NCBI GenBank assembly: GCA_038087875.1
Contig: CM075987.1
Coordinates: 18,414,001-18,478,000 of the forward strand
Origin: Malacoraja senta
Lineage: Eukaryota
Reading direction: 5' to 3'
Length of the DNA: 64,000 bases
Position numbers and translations under genes: made by a program. A model generated the notes under the pieces. The model was not told where the DNA came from. It did not search any database and was given only the letters and a program-made list of their open reading frames with translations. Shown piece by piece: positions 37,183-52,100 of the stretch (position 1 is the stretch's first letter; each line of letters starts with the position of its first letter).

Positions 37183-40100
37183 CTAGGAAGATAAATGGAA
37201 AACAATTTTTAAAGAAATTTTGAACTGTAAATTTGACAGTTTTGTGGTTTAAAAGAAATCCTGTGCTTCCTCTCTTCCTAATCTCACATGCAGAGAGCAG
37301 TAAAATTGGCTTGCTACCTGATTTGGGAGAAAGTTAGCAGTTTGACCCAATTCCCAATATTAGTTGGCTCTGGACATGACCCAACAGTTCTGGTATTGTG
37401 TGAACGGTGCTGTAAAGTTAGATACCCCAGTTATGAGTGCAAGAAATCAGCCAGTTGAACATCCAACTTCATAGGCGGTGGGATAGGTTGAGGACAGATA
37501 CTGTGCATAGACACAAAGTGTCACAATACTTTTCTGAAACATGAAATAGCAATCACATTGGTTTTTAAGCTAAGAAATGCAGCCATTGGTGAAAATCTCC
37601 TACATTAATTTTCATCTATATTCAAAGCTTGATCGCAGGAACATATTAAAAGTTCTTGAACCAACATCAAACACAACATTGTGAGGAACCCTCGTAATTT
37701 TCTTTGCTGTTGAGGATTCCTGGATGATGCCGTGAGATTCTTTTACCAAGAGAGCAAAAACAAAAAGTCCAAGAAGAGATTTTTTTTACAATTATGATTG
37801 GTTTTGATTTGTAAAATTCAGAAATATAATTTGCTCTGGTTAGAAACAGTTGGAGGTAGTCATCAGAAATGACAGATCTGTCAATTTTAAATTATCAGGC
37901 ACATACAAGCATTTAGAATGATCCAGATGAAGGGTCTGAACCTCAAACTCAGCTGGCCATTTCCCTCCTCTGATGCTGGCTAACCCACAGTTCCACCAGC
38001 AGCTTGTAGTCTCCACATCCATAGTCTCTTGTGTCAGCCTTCAGAAAAAAATCCTTTTGGCAGAGGGTTGTTAAGAACCTGGGATGTCTTCCAATGGGCA
38101 ACAGATTTGCCAAAAAATTACTTCTGTTTTAACAATAAGTTGAACAATATGTGAATAAGAGCCTCGTAGTAGGGCATTTAAACTTTGGATTGCTTAAGCA
38201 AAAATCCACCAAAGGTAAAACAATCCTAGTTACATGTGCAGTCATCATCCATGCTAAAAGATAAATTTATTTTGATACCTGGTTTAAATCATATTCCTTC
38301 TTGACATATATTATTCTCTATTTTACAGCATCTTTTGTTGTGACTTATTTTCACATTGATTATATGTACAGTTTTCTACCACTGCCGTACAATTCATGAT
38401 TTTCAATTAGAATGGAGTATCTTTCAAAATCATATCTTAAATAGGGTGCATCAATTATTACATTTATAAGTTCGTACATTTTAGAAATACTTAAAAACTG
38501 AATTTTGAAGGGAACTGTAATACTGTAGGTGGAGTGGGTTGGGGACACAAATCACTTCTTATAAAACTGATTATTAAATGAGTTAAAGAATAGTTGGTGT
38601 CGTGAAGTTGCGATACATTTAAACATATAATTACCTGATCAATGTGTTTACCACATTTATATTGTTTTTCTGTTACTGACCTCAAGTATTGAATTTTTCT
38701 GCGGCTCATTTACTTTTCCCGCAAGACAGCAATGTGAGATAGCATTATGAATTATTGGCTTGTTCGATTTTGAACTTGGTTCCTTAAATAATTTTGGACC
38801 TGGATCAGAACACAAACTTGGTTAAAATCAAAACATTGGTTCTCTCAAGACAAACTTCAAACAAACACAACTTAAGAATTTTGATATTACCAGTGTACTC
38901 AGCTACAGATGCGATCGATGAGGCTGTGGATGCATTTTCCCAGTCTCGTTCCGTGCTCCTACTCTGATTTCGACTCAACACTGAGAAGGTCTCCATGGAG
39001 TCTGTCCTGTATATTAAGAAAATAAAATAACTCTGAACATTTAGCAACCATTAGTTGTAATTCCAATAAACACATTGCTGTGCTAATTGGTTGGGAAGAA
39101 ACGAGTATTAACCAAAAATTACACTTTACATGAGTATGATATAGATCTACTGCGAGAGAAAAAGATAGATAGGGATGGAAAGACAGTAGGGCATGAGCAG
39201 CGGGGCAAAGAGGAGCAAGAGCAAGAACAATTGCATAGGTTGCTTGTGCTGAATTGTCTTTTGCATATTGTGTCTATATTTTTTACAGGAATGTGAAATG
39301 ATTTAATCTATGTCCATTCTAGAACACTTGCATCATGCTTACCTTTGTGAATAACCGCCACTACCACTGCCGCCAGCAGAATTCACACTTTCTGCTTCAG
39401 TGGTAGCGGCGGATGCCAGAGACAGACTCGACCCAAACTGAGTATTGCTCAGATTGTCAGCTAAAGGAAAGGAAACAAAAAACATACTTCACGCATCATT
39501 ATTATGTAAGCAAAACAAACTGCCTTTATACCTCAAATTGACAATTTTATTCCACATTTTATTTCTTTATCAAGTCTTTTGGGTTCCAAAATGCAAAACA
39601 GTAAATAAATGAAATTAAATGGAAAACGAATCTTAACCTCAATTTACTGTTTTAGAAAATATTCGTGACATGTAGAAGATGTAGATTCATGTTTTAGAAT
39701 CATGCTAATTTTTTGAAGATCACCTACTAGCCAGGCAACCATTTCAACCGACAGAAGTAGCCGTTGAGGCAGGTACAATAACAACATTTAAAAGACATTT
39801 GGATAGGAAAGGATTAGAAGGATATGGGCCAGACGAGTGCAAATGGGACTAGTTGGGATGAGGCATCTTGGTCATGCACCTGTTGGGCTGAGGAGTTGCA
39901 ATTTATTCGCTGTCATTCAATGCGGCATTTAAACAGACTCCCATTCTAAGTAATAATTTAATGCTACCTTCCTATAGTTACACAGTAGATTTTTTCCCCC
40001 TCACTTTTCTGTTACTCTTAAAAAATGTTCTAAGATTGTCAAATCATACAAAAAATATAGGGTCTGTAGAAAAAGTGGAAAGAGAGTACATTCTGGCAAT

Positions 40101-43100
40101 GTGATTCATAGCATTTGGGTGCAGTGCAATTTGGGAATCAAACAAGATGAAATATGCTTTATTCATCGAACCTCATTGCAAAACTAAACCAGCTTTAATT
40201 TGTTGCAGTGATATAATTACATCATCCAAAATGACATAACCTGAAGAGTCAATTTCAAACTTTTATACTACTTACGAGTGGAAGGATATCGTGAAGGTGG
40301 TTCGCTATATGATTCTTCCCGATGGACTGATTTTGGACGTTGCTTCTTAACTTTAGGTTTGGGTTTACCAAGGCCTTGCTCTTCCAGTATTTGCTGCTGT
40401 TTACGTTTTAGATATTCCTGTTTGATTAACTCTCTTCGTGCTTTCTCCTCCTCCTTGCGAATGCGGTCCTCTTCAGCCTTACGCCTGCAAAACAAAAACA
40501 ATAATTTTTTTCAGGTGACAACTCAGATACAAATCGAGCATGGACATGGAATGCATGGTGCACTTTTAGATTTTTTTAGGTACTGGTTCCAATGTGCTAG
40601 AGGTAGGATGTGGTATTGAGCAGATTCTCTAGAATGTTGCCTAGATTGGAGGACCTTAGAGGGAGACTTTGGATAGGTTGGGTTTGTTTTCCCCTGGAGG
40701 AATGCTGAGGGATGAGCTGATAATGGCAAATATAACTACAAGAGGTATAGACAGAGTAGATAGTCAGAATCCTCTGGCATGGTAGAGGTATCTAAAACAA
40801 GAGGCCACAGGTTTAACATGAGTTTTAATGGGGATTTGAGACATTTTCTTTTTAAACAAAGTCTGGTTAATATCTGGCATTTGCTGCCAGAATATATCTT
40901 GTGTGTTTTGTTGCTTTTTATTGGTATGATGACTATGGCAAATTAAATTCCTCATATGTTGCAAAACATACTTGGCTAATAAATTATGATGATTCTGATT
41001 ATGATGGACGTGCTGTACAACTCTACGACTCTAAGAATATAGCATAGAATTTTAAATAGTTTAATTTATTTTAAAGATGTAGCTATATTTCAGTCATGCA
41101 TAGTCTAAAAGAGGGTAATGGTCAAAATACTAGGGTGTCTAGACAAAAAAGTCTATCACAGAATCCTCCATTTTATTACAGGCATACGTTGAAAAATCAA
41201 AATGTTGTTCTTTTGATTGGAAAATTAATCAAATAATTTTGATTATTTTGAGTTCAGGTAACCAATATAATTAAGTTCAAAATGCAAACTATCAAAATTA
41301 TTTTGTCAAGTTCTATTACATATTTTGTCAAATTACTTGAAAAGCATTCTCATGTATCCCAAGTATTTCACAAGAGGATTGGAGAACACCACCAGGAAGT
41401 GAAAACCAGTGGCATAAAGGCACTGTTAGGGAGCAACCATAGTCCCCATAGGGAGCAAAAATAGAAAGCAACCCATGTCATGCAAAGCCCGTCGTGGTTC
41501 GGTAGAGTTGAGGTCGCTGAGATGATCGACAGCACAAAATTATTGGACCATAACTAAACCCACATCTAAAACTTTTTTGCCCTTTCCATTTCAAAACTCC
41601 ATTGTCTCACCTTGCTTCATCACGTTTCTGTTCTATCTCAGCATCTAGCTGCTGCCTCCGTAAGCGAGCTTCTTCTGTTTTGCGTTGTTGTTTGAGGAGA
41701 AACGCAGCACGCCTTTTTGCCAACTCATCTTCTGCTTTCTGATCATCCTGCAGGGAAATGAGAAAAGAGCAGTGCATGGTTTAGCACATAAATGAGCAAA
41801 CATGTTAATCCTGAGTTTGAAATAACAGACACACTTGAAATAAAAGTTTCCACCAATCATAATTTTATTTTTTGCTACGAGATAAAATGGCTATTTAGCG
41901 ATGGAAACTGAATTACACCAGGTAATAGAACATGTATTTTTAAAATGTACATTAAAATCTCAACTTGTATCATGTTAGACAGCGCGAGATCAGAAACCAC
42001 CCGACCAATGGGAATTATAAGATTTCAGATCGGGAGGCAAACTGGAGTGGGTATAAATTACTTACGTAAAAAAAAGTTATAGTTTAAAAAATGTTTTTAG
42101 TCATCTTTATGGTTTTTAATCTTTAAATTTAATATTCAGAATTATACATCTTAATAGTAATAGATTTTAAAATGCCTTCATGCCAAAGAAATGTAATATC
42201 TATTAAGCAAGATACAATTGGACGAATCAAATATAAGCATTGGGACATGAATTCAGTTAGGTGCTGGAGGGGGAGATCAAATATAGTCCAGGATCTTGTT
42301 TAGTATTATTTGATGGAGAGGGAGTACAGACAACAAAGTACTGTCACAAACGAGAGATTATTGGAGAATGGAAATTTCAAAACTGATCATGTGCACATTT
42401 GAAGGGTAAAGTATGAATGTGACAATAGAGGACTACAGATTACAGTTGACGCATCAAATTTTAGTATGTTTCAGTGTTAATATGCATTATACACAAAGTG
42501 TAATTATAAATAACAACTCTGGGCAACTGAGTGGAAATGGGAACATGACGCAAATAAGTAATCCACTTCAGTTAGTCATGCTTTGAAGTGCACAAACACC
42601 CTCTATATAAGGTATATGAGTCTATTCAAATTAATCTCTCCTCCACCATACTGCAACACATACTTCTTAATGAAATCAGTTAATGACATCTGTAGCACTT
42701 CCAGATCTGATGTGATGCATCACAAAAGTCTGATTTTTTTTTATTAGTACACCAACAAATCTCCTAGATTTGCAGGTGATGAACACCTTTGTAATAGTGC
42801 ATAAGTATATGATATTGTGTGTGTACTTGTAAGAGAAAAGGACATTATTATTTCATATCACTCCACCCAAGATGGCTTGAAAGAAAAACTAACATAAAAA
42901 ATGATTCCAGTGAAAACCAATGTTTCAGAAACTACTAATTTAGATATTTGAATTTGACTAACCTTGAAAAAAAAGTTCAATCCAGACTTCTGATCTGATT
43001 CACAAATCATTTGACTGGTGGAGATGTCTTGGCTTTCACATACTTCACCTTCTGCAGGTGCCTTCAGTTCAGAAATATCTACTTCAATGAGGTTTGCCTT

Positions 43101-46100
43101 ATTTTTGGAGTGTTCCTCAATAGGAATGTTCTCCTTCCCAGAACTGTCTGAAGAGTTAAGTGAAGTGTGTTCAGGCTTCTTTGGGGTGCTAATTACTGCC
43201 TCGGTGTTAATTTGCTCATAGAAATAGTTATAACTGTCTTTCTGAGATGCGGAGAGCACCAATGGTCGCAGGTGACTGTCCTCACATTGCCTGTGACCAT
43301 CCATATCCTTTGTCCTTTCAGGGGAGAGCTCAGCAGAACCTTTAGAAGTCCTGCCTTCTAAAGCCCCTGCATTAACAGCAGCAGGATCAGTAATATCTTC
43401 AGTCTCAAATTTAAGTGTTTTACTACCTGAGAAAGGTCGCAAATGGGGAAGAGTATCTACACTGTGTGTTGGTGTAATAATACGAAAAGAGCCCTGTGCT
43501 TTAGTATCTCGAGAGACTTTTAGCTCAGTTGGCCTCCCTGCACGAGGGCTTTTTAGTTGCATGCTGCGTGGTTGCTTGCGCACAGTTTGCGTTGGACTAC
43601 TGCCTGTTGGTGACAATGGTTCCACAATCTGTACTGTTTGCTTGATCTTCTGATCCTGCAGGTTGCGATTAATATTTGGTACCGGTGGCACTTGGTCCTT
43701 AAGCTTCATCAGGAGTTCCTGCTGCTGTGAAAGCTTATGCATTTCAAATTGAAGGTTGCTCAAAGTTTCATTAAGTTTTTCAATTGAACGGTTATATTCA
43801 TTCGCATCGACATCTGACATACCATCATCAAAACCACCATTAGAATTCACCCTGTTCTTGTCAACATCAAAGGCAACTTGGGAGGATTCCTTAAACCACC
43901 GCTGTCTAACAGCAGCAATGCTCTCTTGAATATCATCCTCAGTTATTTTCTCCTGTACTTCTTTTGCCCCTACTTCATCCAGTTGCTTCAAGTAATCTTC
44001 TTTGGCTTCTTGGTTTGGAAAATCTTCATCTGTTCTAGGAGGTTGAGAAACAAGAGCAATAGTTTCCACATGACTTGGGCATTCCGCTTCTTTCATGAAG
44101 TGTTCAGGCTTAAGTGGTTGTGGAATCCCTTCATTCTTGCCCTTTTTAACAATATGCAAAAAAGCTGCTTTGCCCAATTTTAGACGTTGTCTGGCAGAGA
44201 GAGCTTCCATTTTCTTTTTCTGAGCTTCAATAATTCTTCTTTTCTCCTCAAGTTGCATGTGAAGTTGAACAAGTTCGGAGGCTAGTATCTGAGCACTGTC
44301 TTTGATCTGTCTACCAGGACTCTGTTCTCGTTTCTGCCTCCATGTCATCATGGGTATGGGGCAACATTCTGACCCATCGGGTGTTGTCTTTTGAGAGCTA
44401 CTTGCACTAGACTTTGCCTCAGTGCTGTTGAGTCTTTGTAATTTACGTTCTGCAAAACTGGTCATTCTAATGCTGGCACTGGTCATGGATGTACTACTAG
44501 CTTGAGATATTGTACTCAAACAAGGGCTGGAACGTCCGCTGGCATCATCTTTGTCCTCGTGTTCTTTTACCTTCATATCGTGATGTAATTTTCTAGATTC
44601 CTCTTCTCCACTGTAACAATTTCCCACGCGCTGCACCTCCTCTTCAGCAACTAGATCTTGTGCAGCCTCTTCCGTATCTAGCACCTCTGAATCAGAATCT
44701 TGGATATTCATTGTGTCCGTAGTGGTTGTATTATTCACTGATATATCATCAAATCTTTTTTCAGCATCTCCAGTATGAAGATAAAAACCTCCAGGCTCTT
44801 CTTGCGTTGAAGCTTCAACACTACTGCCTGCCAAAGGTCTAAAGTTACTCAAAGAAACTCCTGTTGCTTCATTGTGTCTTAAAGACTCTGTAAAGGTTGG
44901 ATCAGCGACAAATGTAAAATCAGAACTGGTTATGGGAGTGAATGTCCTGTTAACATCTGCTTCACCATTGGTATTCACTGCATTTTTGTGTGTTGAAGGC
45001 AAATGTCCATCAGCTATTTTCTTTGCTGTCAAAGGTCTATATTTACATTCTCCATATTCATCACGCTTATTAACAATTAAAAGATTTTCCTTGGCTGGTT
45101 TTAAAACAGCAGGCATTAAAGGTTCTAAGAAAAATCCACATGTTTGGTTTGCTGCTTCAAGGTCATGTTGCTGTTTTGTGGGGGACTTTGACAGCAATAA
45201 TTGATTTGGGGCTTTTGATGAAACATTTTGTAACTCAGGACCACAATTATTAACCATTCCTTCATCTGACTTAATTATTGATACAAGTTCTTCATCGTCC
45301 TCATCTTCTATGTACACATTTCTTAGCAAACCTTTTCCATTGCTTTCTGCAGGTGGCGAAAATAACTGGGATTGATGCTTTGGGGTTACACTGACTATAT
45401 TGGACGCAAGACTGTCTTTGCTGATAGACCTGGCCAAGCTGATGCTATCTCCAGAAGCAACGTCTACATCACTGTCTGTTGCAGAATGAAGGGCAAATGG
45501 CGTTGGCTGAGACAAAGGTCTGGAAAAAAAAAAGAATCAGGCACAAGACTTAAAATGTACAATACATTTACTGTTAAATTGAACATATATTTGGCAATAT
45601 AAACAAAAAATACGAGATACTTAGACCAGGTAACACCTGTAGAGACGGAAACAGAGTTAATGTTTCAACTCACTGACCTCTTAGAAAATTGAGAAAACAA
45701 GTGTGTTTTAAGTACCACAAATTTTGGTCTTTTTAAGAGAGGATGGTCAATGCTTATTATAGGTATGTTACAATACTTACCTTCAGCGGCACTGCAATTC
45801 TGTCACTGGCCGTGTGCGCGATTTTGGCGCCTTTAAGGGGGGGGGGGCGGGCTTAAAACGCGGGTTTCTCCTACCTGGTCCTGTATTATATTTCGTTGGA
45901 GTACAAGCGTTTGCTGAAAAATCGTTCCTAGGGGCGTTTTGTGAATTTTTAATTTTTATTAAATCGTCAATGTCAGCGCTGGAGTTGTTTTAAAATCAGC
46001 TCCTGAAGCCGTCAACGCCGATAACGGGGACGGATTTCACGTATGGGACAGGTAAACGAAAGTGGTTTATTTTAATGTATAAAAGTGCTTCTTAAGAAGC

Positions 46101-49100
46101 CTTTAATTCACATTTTTTCTTGCGAAACGGTGATTTTATTCCCCGAACTAACGGCAGAATTTTTCATGCCGATACGGGGTTAAATTCACCGCAAATCAAC
46201 GTTCCAAATGATCGCGTTCCAGAAATCCTCACTCACAAGATGATTTAAATGCCCATTAATTTACAGGAATTAAACATTCAATTCCTTCCATTTGGCCTGT
46301 AAATTCATGACAACGAGATTTAAAAATTATGTTATATTGTGAATTCTTGTGATAGGGAACAAGATGCTAATTTCCGAGTATGAAAATGGCCATAACTTTT
46401 TTAATACTGAAAATATGAAAATGAATTAGGTGTCAAATTAAACTTCTTTTTATGCTTTATCTGATGGGATAAATTGCAGACTTTATTTTTAAAATCTCAA
46501 AATTTTGTAACATTGCTACTTATTAGCTATAGTTGACTTATCTGAAGGAGTGTAAATAAAGGGGGGTGAATAAGGGCAGCAGAGAGAAACTGAGAAAAGT
46601 ATCAGAGATAATGCTAGAATACTCAGTATATTAAGTGGTATCTGTGGAGAGAGAAAGTGAGTTATTGCTGGAGGATGACTTCAGTCTGGCCAGTAATATG
46701 AAACTGTTAAATATGGAGTCTCCAGGGTTGTAAGAAGGAAGATGAAGTGCTGTTCCTTAGTGCTTCTTCTTGCCTATCAGTTTAGTTATCCATCCCACTG
46801 AGATTACCTTTGTGTTTGCTCTACATATATTGTTCCAAAAACAGCCCAATGTTAGCTTGAGAATAACATTTCACCTCAATCCATGTTCTTGTCAATTTGG
46901 TAATATTAATAATGATCTGCAATGAATTATGGAATTCAACAATAAATAATAACTTTCAATATTATATTATTACTAGTGAAGAGCAATCAATTTTGTTCTA
47001 TACCATTATTTATAGGCATAGGTTAAATCCATGGGAGGTGCTGTGTGCTAGAAAGGGAGCTAGTAGCCAAAAATAAAATCCTGTGGAGAGGATGTTTCCA
47101 GTAGTGGGAGAGTCTCGGACCCAAGGGCACAGCCTCACAATAAAGGATGTACCTTTAGAATGGAGATAAGGAGGAATTTCTGTAGCCAGTGGGCGTGGAA
47201 TCACAGCCTGAAACGACGGTGGAGGCCAAGACACTGGATATTTTTAAAGCAGATGTTGTTAGGTTCTTGATTAGTAAGGGTGTCAGAGGTTATGGGAGAA
47301 AGCAGGAGAATATGATTAGGGGAGGGGGGGGGGGGGGAAATAGATCAGCCATGATCAAATGACGGAGTAGACACGATGGGTCGAATGGCCTAATTCTGCT
47401 CATATGTCTTATGATATAATGACTCATTTATCGCTTACTAGCAGCCCGACCCACTGAATTCCTCCAGCAACTCTCCTTTTTTCCCCTCCAGAAAGGAAGA
47501 TCCTGCTGACCACATGGTCTCCTAAACACATGGCACTCAGACCAATTGGAGTATGTCGCCACTACCAAAACAATATTAACTGAATTAGCCGCTTTCTACA
47601 TGACTCAACTACTTGTTCAGTCTTAAAATACATACAAAACAGAATACATAGGCTAATTGGCTCCTCAAACTACCCACGTTAAATCAATCTTTAGTGTGGA
47701 ATAAGTCTTCATTTTGAAAGAGCTAATTCAAGGAAGGCTAATTCAAGACAGAATGCAACAAAGAGTGGGGATTGGGGGACAGGCCTGCACAGCCAAAAAA
47801 AACTTCAATTAACAATATAAGAATGTTCATTATTAGATTATAGAATGGCATCGGAGAGTGGTGACATTTTACTTGAAGCACCTAATTTTTCTTGAAGCAA
47901 TTGATATTTCTGCACTATTGCGATCTTTACAATCACAAAATTACCCTGTAATTAGATGTTCTATCTGCAGAGAGAAATAAAATAACATAAACAAGTAACA
48001 TTAAGATATTGGGTTAAAATTAAGCATCAAAATATTCCTCTACCTACCTTGGTTTTCTTTCTTGCCAAGCCAAAATTGAGCCTCTTGGCTGCCCATCAAC
48101 TCGAGTAAGGGAATTTGAACGATGCCGGGTATCTAAACAAACATAAAATGAATGTTAATACAAGAAATAAGAGCAGTGAAAGGCACCCTGAGGCTCATCT
48201 TCAAGATCACATCTTACTTAAACTTGACCACAACTCCTCTACTCCTCATAACCCTAATTTGCAGCCCAAAATTTTGTGGACCTCAGCTTTGAACATATTC
48301 AATGATTCAGCTTCTCAGGGGCAGAGAATTCCAAAGAACCTTCCAGTTCAACATGCCTTTTTGAAAATAAATATTCTCTCAACATCTATTCTGTCAAATC
48401 CCTTCAAAAATATTGCATGTTTCATAGTCATACAGTGTGGAAACAGGCCCTTCGGCCCAACATCTCTACACTAGCCAACATGTCCCAGTTACACTAGTCC
48501 CACCTGCCCGCATTTGGTCCATATCCCTCCAAACCTGTCCAATCCATGATCCATGTTTCAATAGGATCACCTCTTATTCTCGTAAACTTGAACAAGTACA
48601 CGTCCAACCTACTCATTTTATCATTGCTAAAAATCCCTTCATCTCAGGAGTGCATGATTGCACCATTTTATTTGTACATATTGACCAATAACACACCTGA
48701 ATGATAATAAACATAAACCCAGGAGTCTCAACAGGGGGTCTCTTTGAATATCTAGTTTGTAATCAAATACCCTGGATCTTATATCTCAGGAAAATGTGCA
48801 ACACTTGTGCATACACATACGGAAAGCCAATCTCACACGGTTGCGTACTCGAAGGGAGGATGTGTCAGAGAAAACCGCATAAAATGCAGCATTATTTGTT
48901 AATCGTTGCTTGCATTGAGTTTTGAACAAGGACTAATGGCAATGATTTTAAAAGGGTGGAACAAATTAAAATAGCAGCTACTGCGCCTTTTGAATCATAT
49001 GAATATGGTGTTGAATCAAATGAATTAATTCCAGTGTCAAATGCCACCACATTGTAACTGCAAAGGCAATAATGTCGGCATGATTTAAACTTGTCAAACC

Positions 49101-52100
49101 GTAAATATAGTATTAGTTCTTTTTATTATTTATAGATAATTTAACCATCCCACACAGATTTAGTTTAGCTATTTTAGTTTTGAGTTGTGATTTTCTACTT
49201 CTCCGAGGTCTTTTAAACACTTTATTCATGAGGAGCATCCAAGTCAAAGGGTTTTCAGATTTGATCCCAACTGTTCATGTCTCAAAGAAGATGAAAGCAG
49301 GATTGTTCGAATAGGTCTCGGGTTCCTAGATTTTTGGGGAATATAAAAACTGAAACAGGTGGTATTAACTCTGCTACTCAGCATTTCCTGATGTCAATGT
49401 GTTTAGTAGGACAAAGTGGATTGATTGCTCATGACTGAATTGCTTTATTAAGGCTCATAGATCAACTGTCACATGAACCATATACCAGAGAATGACTGTT
49501 CATTCTGAAATATACTTGGCAAAGATCAAAACATTTGTAAGCAGGGACAATGGGTAAACACCAATGAAAACATAAAATTACAGTAAAACCAGAGAAACAC
49601 ATTCAATTAGACAATTTGGGAATCAGCATCACGTTCTATATAATTTATCAAATTATATCTGCTTATCAATATCAAAAAAGTGCTTCTTCATCTATAGATG
49701 CGCCGGTTTTAAAGATGATCATGCTTTACTTGAGCATCCTAAATCATTTTAGGAATGGAATCTATTAATTTATGTACTAAGAATACCTTTGTTTCATCTT
49801 TTAGTTAAGGTAACCTGAGCACAACTACTCTTTCCTGCCTGTGGCCCATAAACCTGACTCACATAGCCCAAAAATCTCTCTATTTCTTTGAACATATTCT
49901 ATGATTTATCTTTCACTGCTCTTTGGCATAGAGAATTCTTCCTTGAAAATAAACATCTCCATTCTAGCACCATCAAAAATGTAGTCAAGAACTTAAACAC
50001 TGGCATTTCACTACAATACACAAAAAGGAGCCTTAAGGGCACCCGTCATAGTCGCAGCAGGTCTCCGAAAATGTTCAACATGTTGAAAATCCAGCAGTGA
50101 TCAGCGGGGTGACGCCTGTATGGTCGTGTGTAGTCACCCAAAGAGTAGTACCTTTTTCTGGTCACTGCTGGATTTTCAACATGTTGAACATTTTCGGAGA
50201 CCTGCTGCGACTATGACAGGTGCCAGCAAGTCGCTGAAAAAAATCACGTATGTGGTTCAGGCCCTTTATAATCCAACTAGCTGACATTTAAAGCAACAAT
50301 TTAAAGCAATTGTAGAATTAGCTGGTTGATATCACATTAAATAATCAGCTGGTCATCGAGGTTTTCCAATTGGATTTCTAATACCTTTTCCATGCCACTA
50401 CCATCCCCACCCTCAAAACAAAAAAAAGCAGTTCTAAAATTCTTCCAGTTAATATGCTTCGCAACCGTCTTACCTGGACTGTCTTCATTAGGCAAAGGAG
50501 ATTTATGTTGCCTCTGTCTTAAAGGCAATAATGGGTGGGATGGACTGAAGGCAGGGCTTCCTTTGCTATAGATTAAAAAAAGTATTTGTATTCGACATAA
50601 GATGTAAACAGCTTAATTTAATGAAGGTGGCTTCGATTTTTTAATTTTCCATACATTCTAATTATTAGTGCTAATTTAATTTAAATTCCACATATAATAA
50701 AAGTTTAAATACATACACACACATAAACAAAAATAAATAAAATGAACAGAAACAGTTTTTAGATAACACTGTAACCATGTTGCTCTTGAGTAATGCCAAG
50801 ATGAAGAGGACAGAGACAGACTTACACAAACTCTTCAGGATGCAGGCAATACCTGGTTCCAATCTCTTGGCTACTCTGTGGTGCAGTTGCTGTCACATCA
50901 CCTAAACCATTTGCTGGGCTGACCATAAAGCTACGTTTTGTTGCATTGGAAATTGGAAGAGGCGGACGCGAGTTCTTCTGTTGAAGGAGCATTTTAGCTG
51001 AATAAAGAGAGCAAATACTTGAGAATCTTTTTCCTTTGTAATAATTGGAATGTTATTTACAATGATGAACATTTTGATATCATGTAGCATGTCTAGACCT
51101 TCAGAAGTCAATACTTATATATATTCCTTTGCAGAACAAATCGCAGTAATGGTCAGTTAGTGACTCCTACAAAATGCTAGCCTGAATAGTCACATCACAA
51201 TTACAAGTTACATTTTTTTTAAAGAATATCTAAAAAAAACGTACCATCTTTGATTTCTTGAACTTCCCTTGGTTGCACAAAGTCAGGTTTTACAACTTCA
51301 AACCACCAGAACAATTCGGCAATGAACACCATAATATTAGGCTATAAAGAAAAACGTTATGTTAAGCATATGCTCGTTTATTACTATAGGAATCAAACAA
51401 AGCGGTTACATTACCAGGGCTACAAGAAAAATGATAAGACTTCTTCAGACAGACTAGTGGGATGCTGGGACCAAAACTATTCCCAAACCATATTAATGAT
51501 TAAGCTAAAAGAACTGCCTTTATTGTCAGAGCTTGGTGATAACACAAAGAGAGAATCCATGGTTAGAGCAGCAGAAAGAGCCAACAAAGGAATGAGCAAA
51601 ACACTGGAACATAATTTGAGGAAAAGTGAGGTTGTCCACTTTGGCAGAAAGAATAGAAAAGCAGATTATTTAGAGAGAGGCGACAGAGTACAGTTGTATG
51701 GAGTTATTGTTGATGCGATTTTCCAAAGGATAGCAGGGAGTATTTGCAGCTACAAGAACCATCACCACTTCTGTCCAGGTACAGTCACTCTACATAATGA
51801 AGTGCATTATTAACTAGGGATTCCAAATTAGGCCTTACCTTCAATACTAAAGGACCATATAGCATATCTTCCAGAGTAAGATAAAAACTTCTGTTTAGGT
51901 AATGGTTTGAGAAGTCTATCAGGAGCTGAATATTGTACAAGCTGTCTGCAATTGAAGTCACTTCCTTCAAACAAATATCTACAAAGGAAAAAAATAACAA
52001 AAAGAACCAATTGAAATTAATGTTAAAATCAATCAGTCTTTAATGAAGAAAAACGGCAAATTCCAAACACATTTTTGGAACTTACTATTCGCAATTGAAG

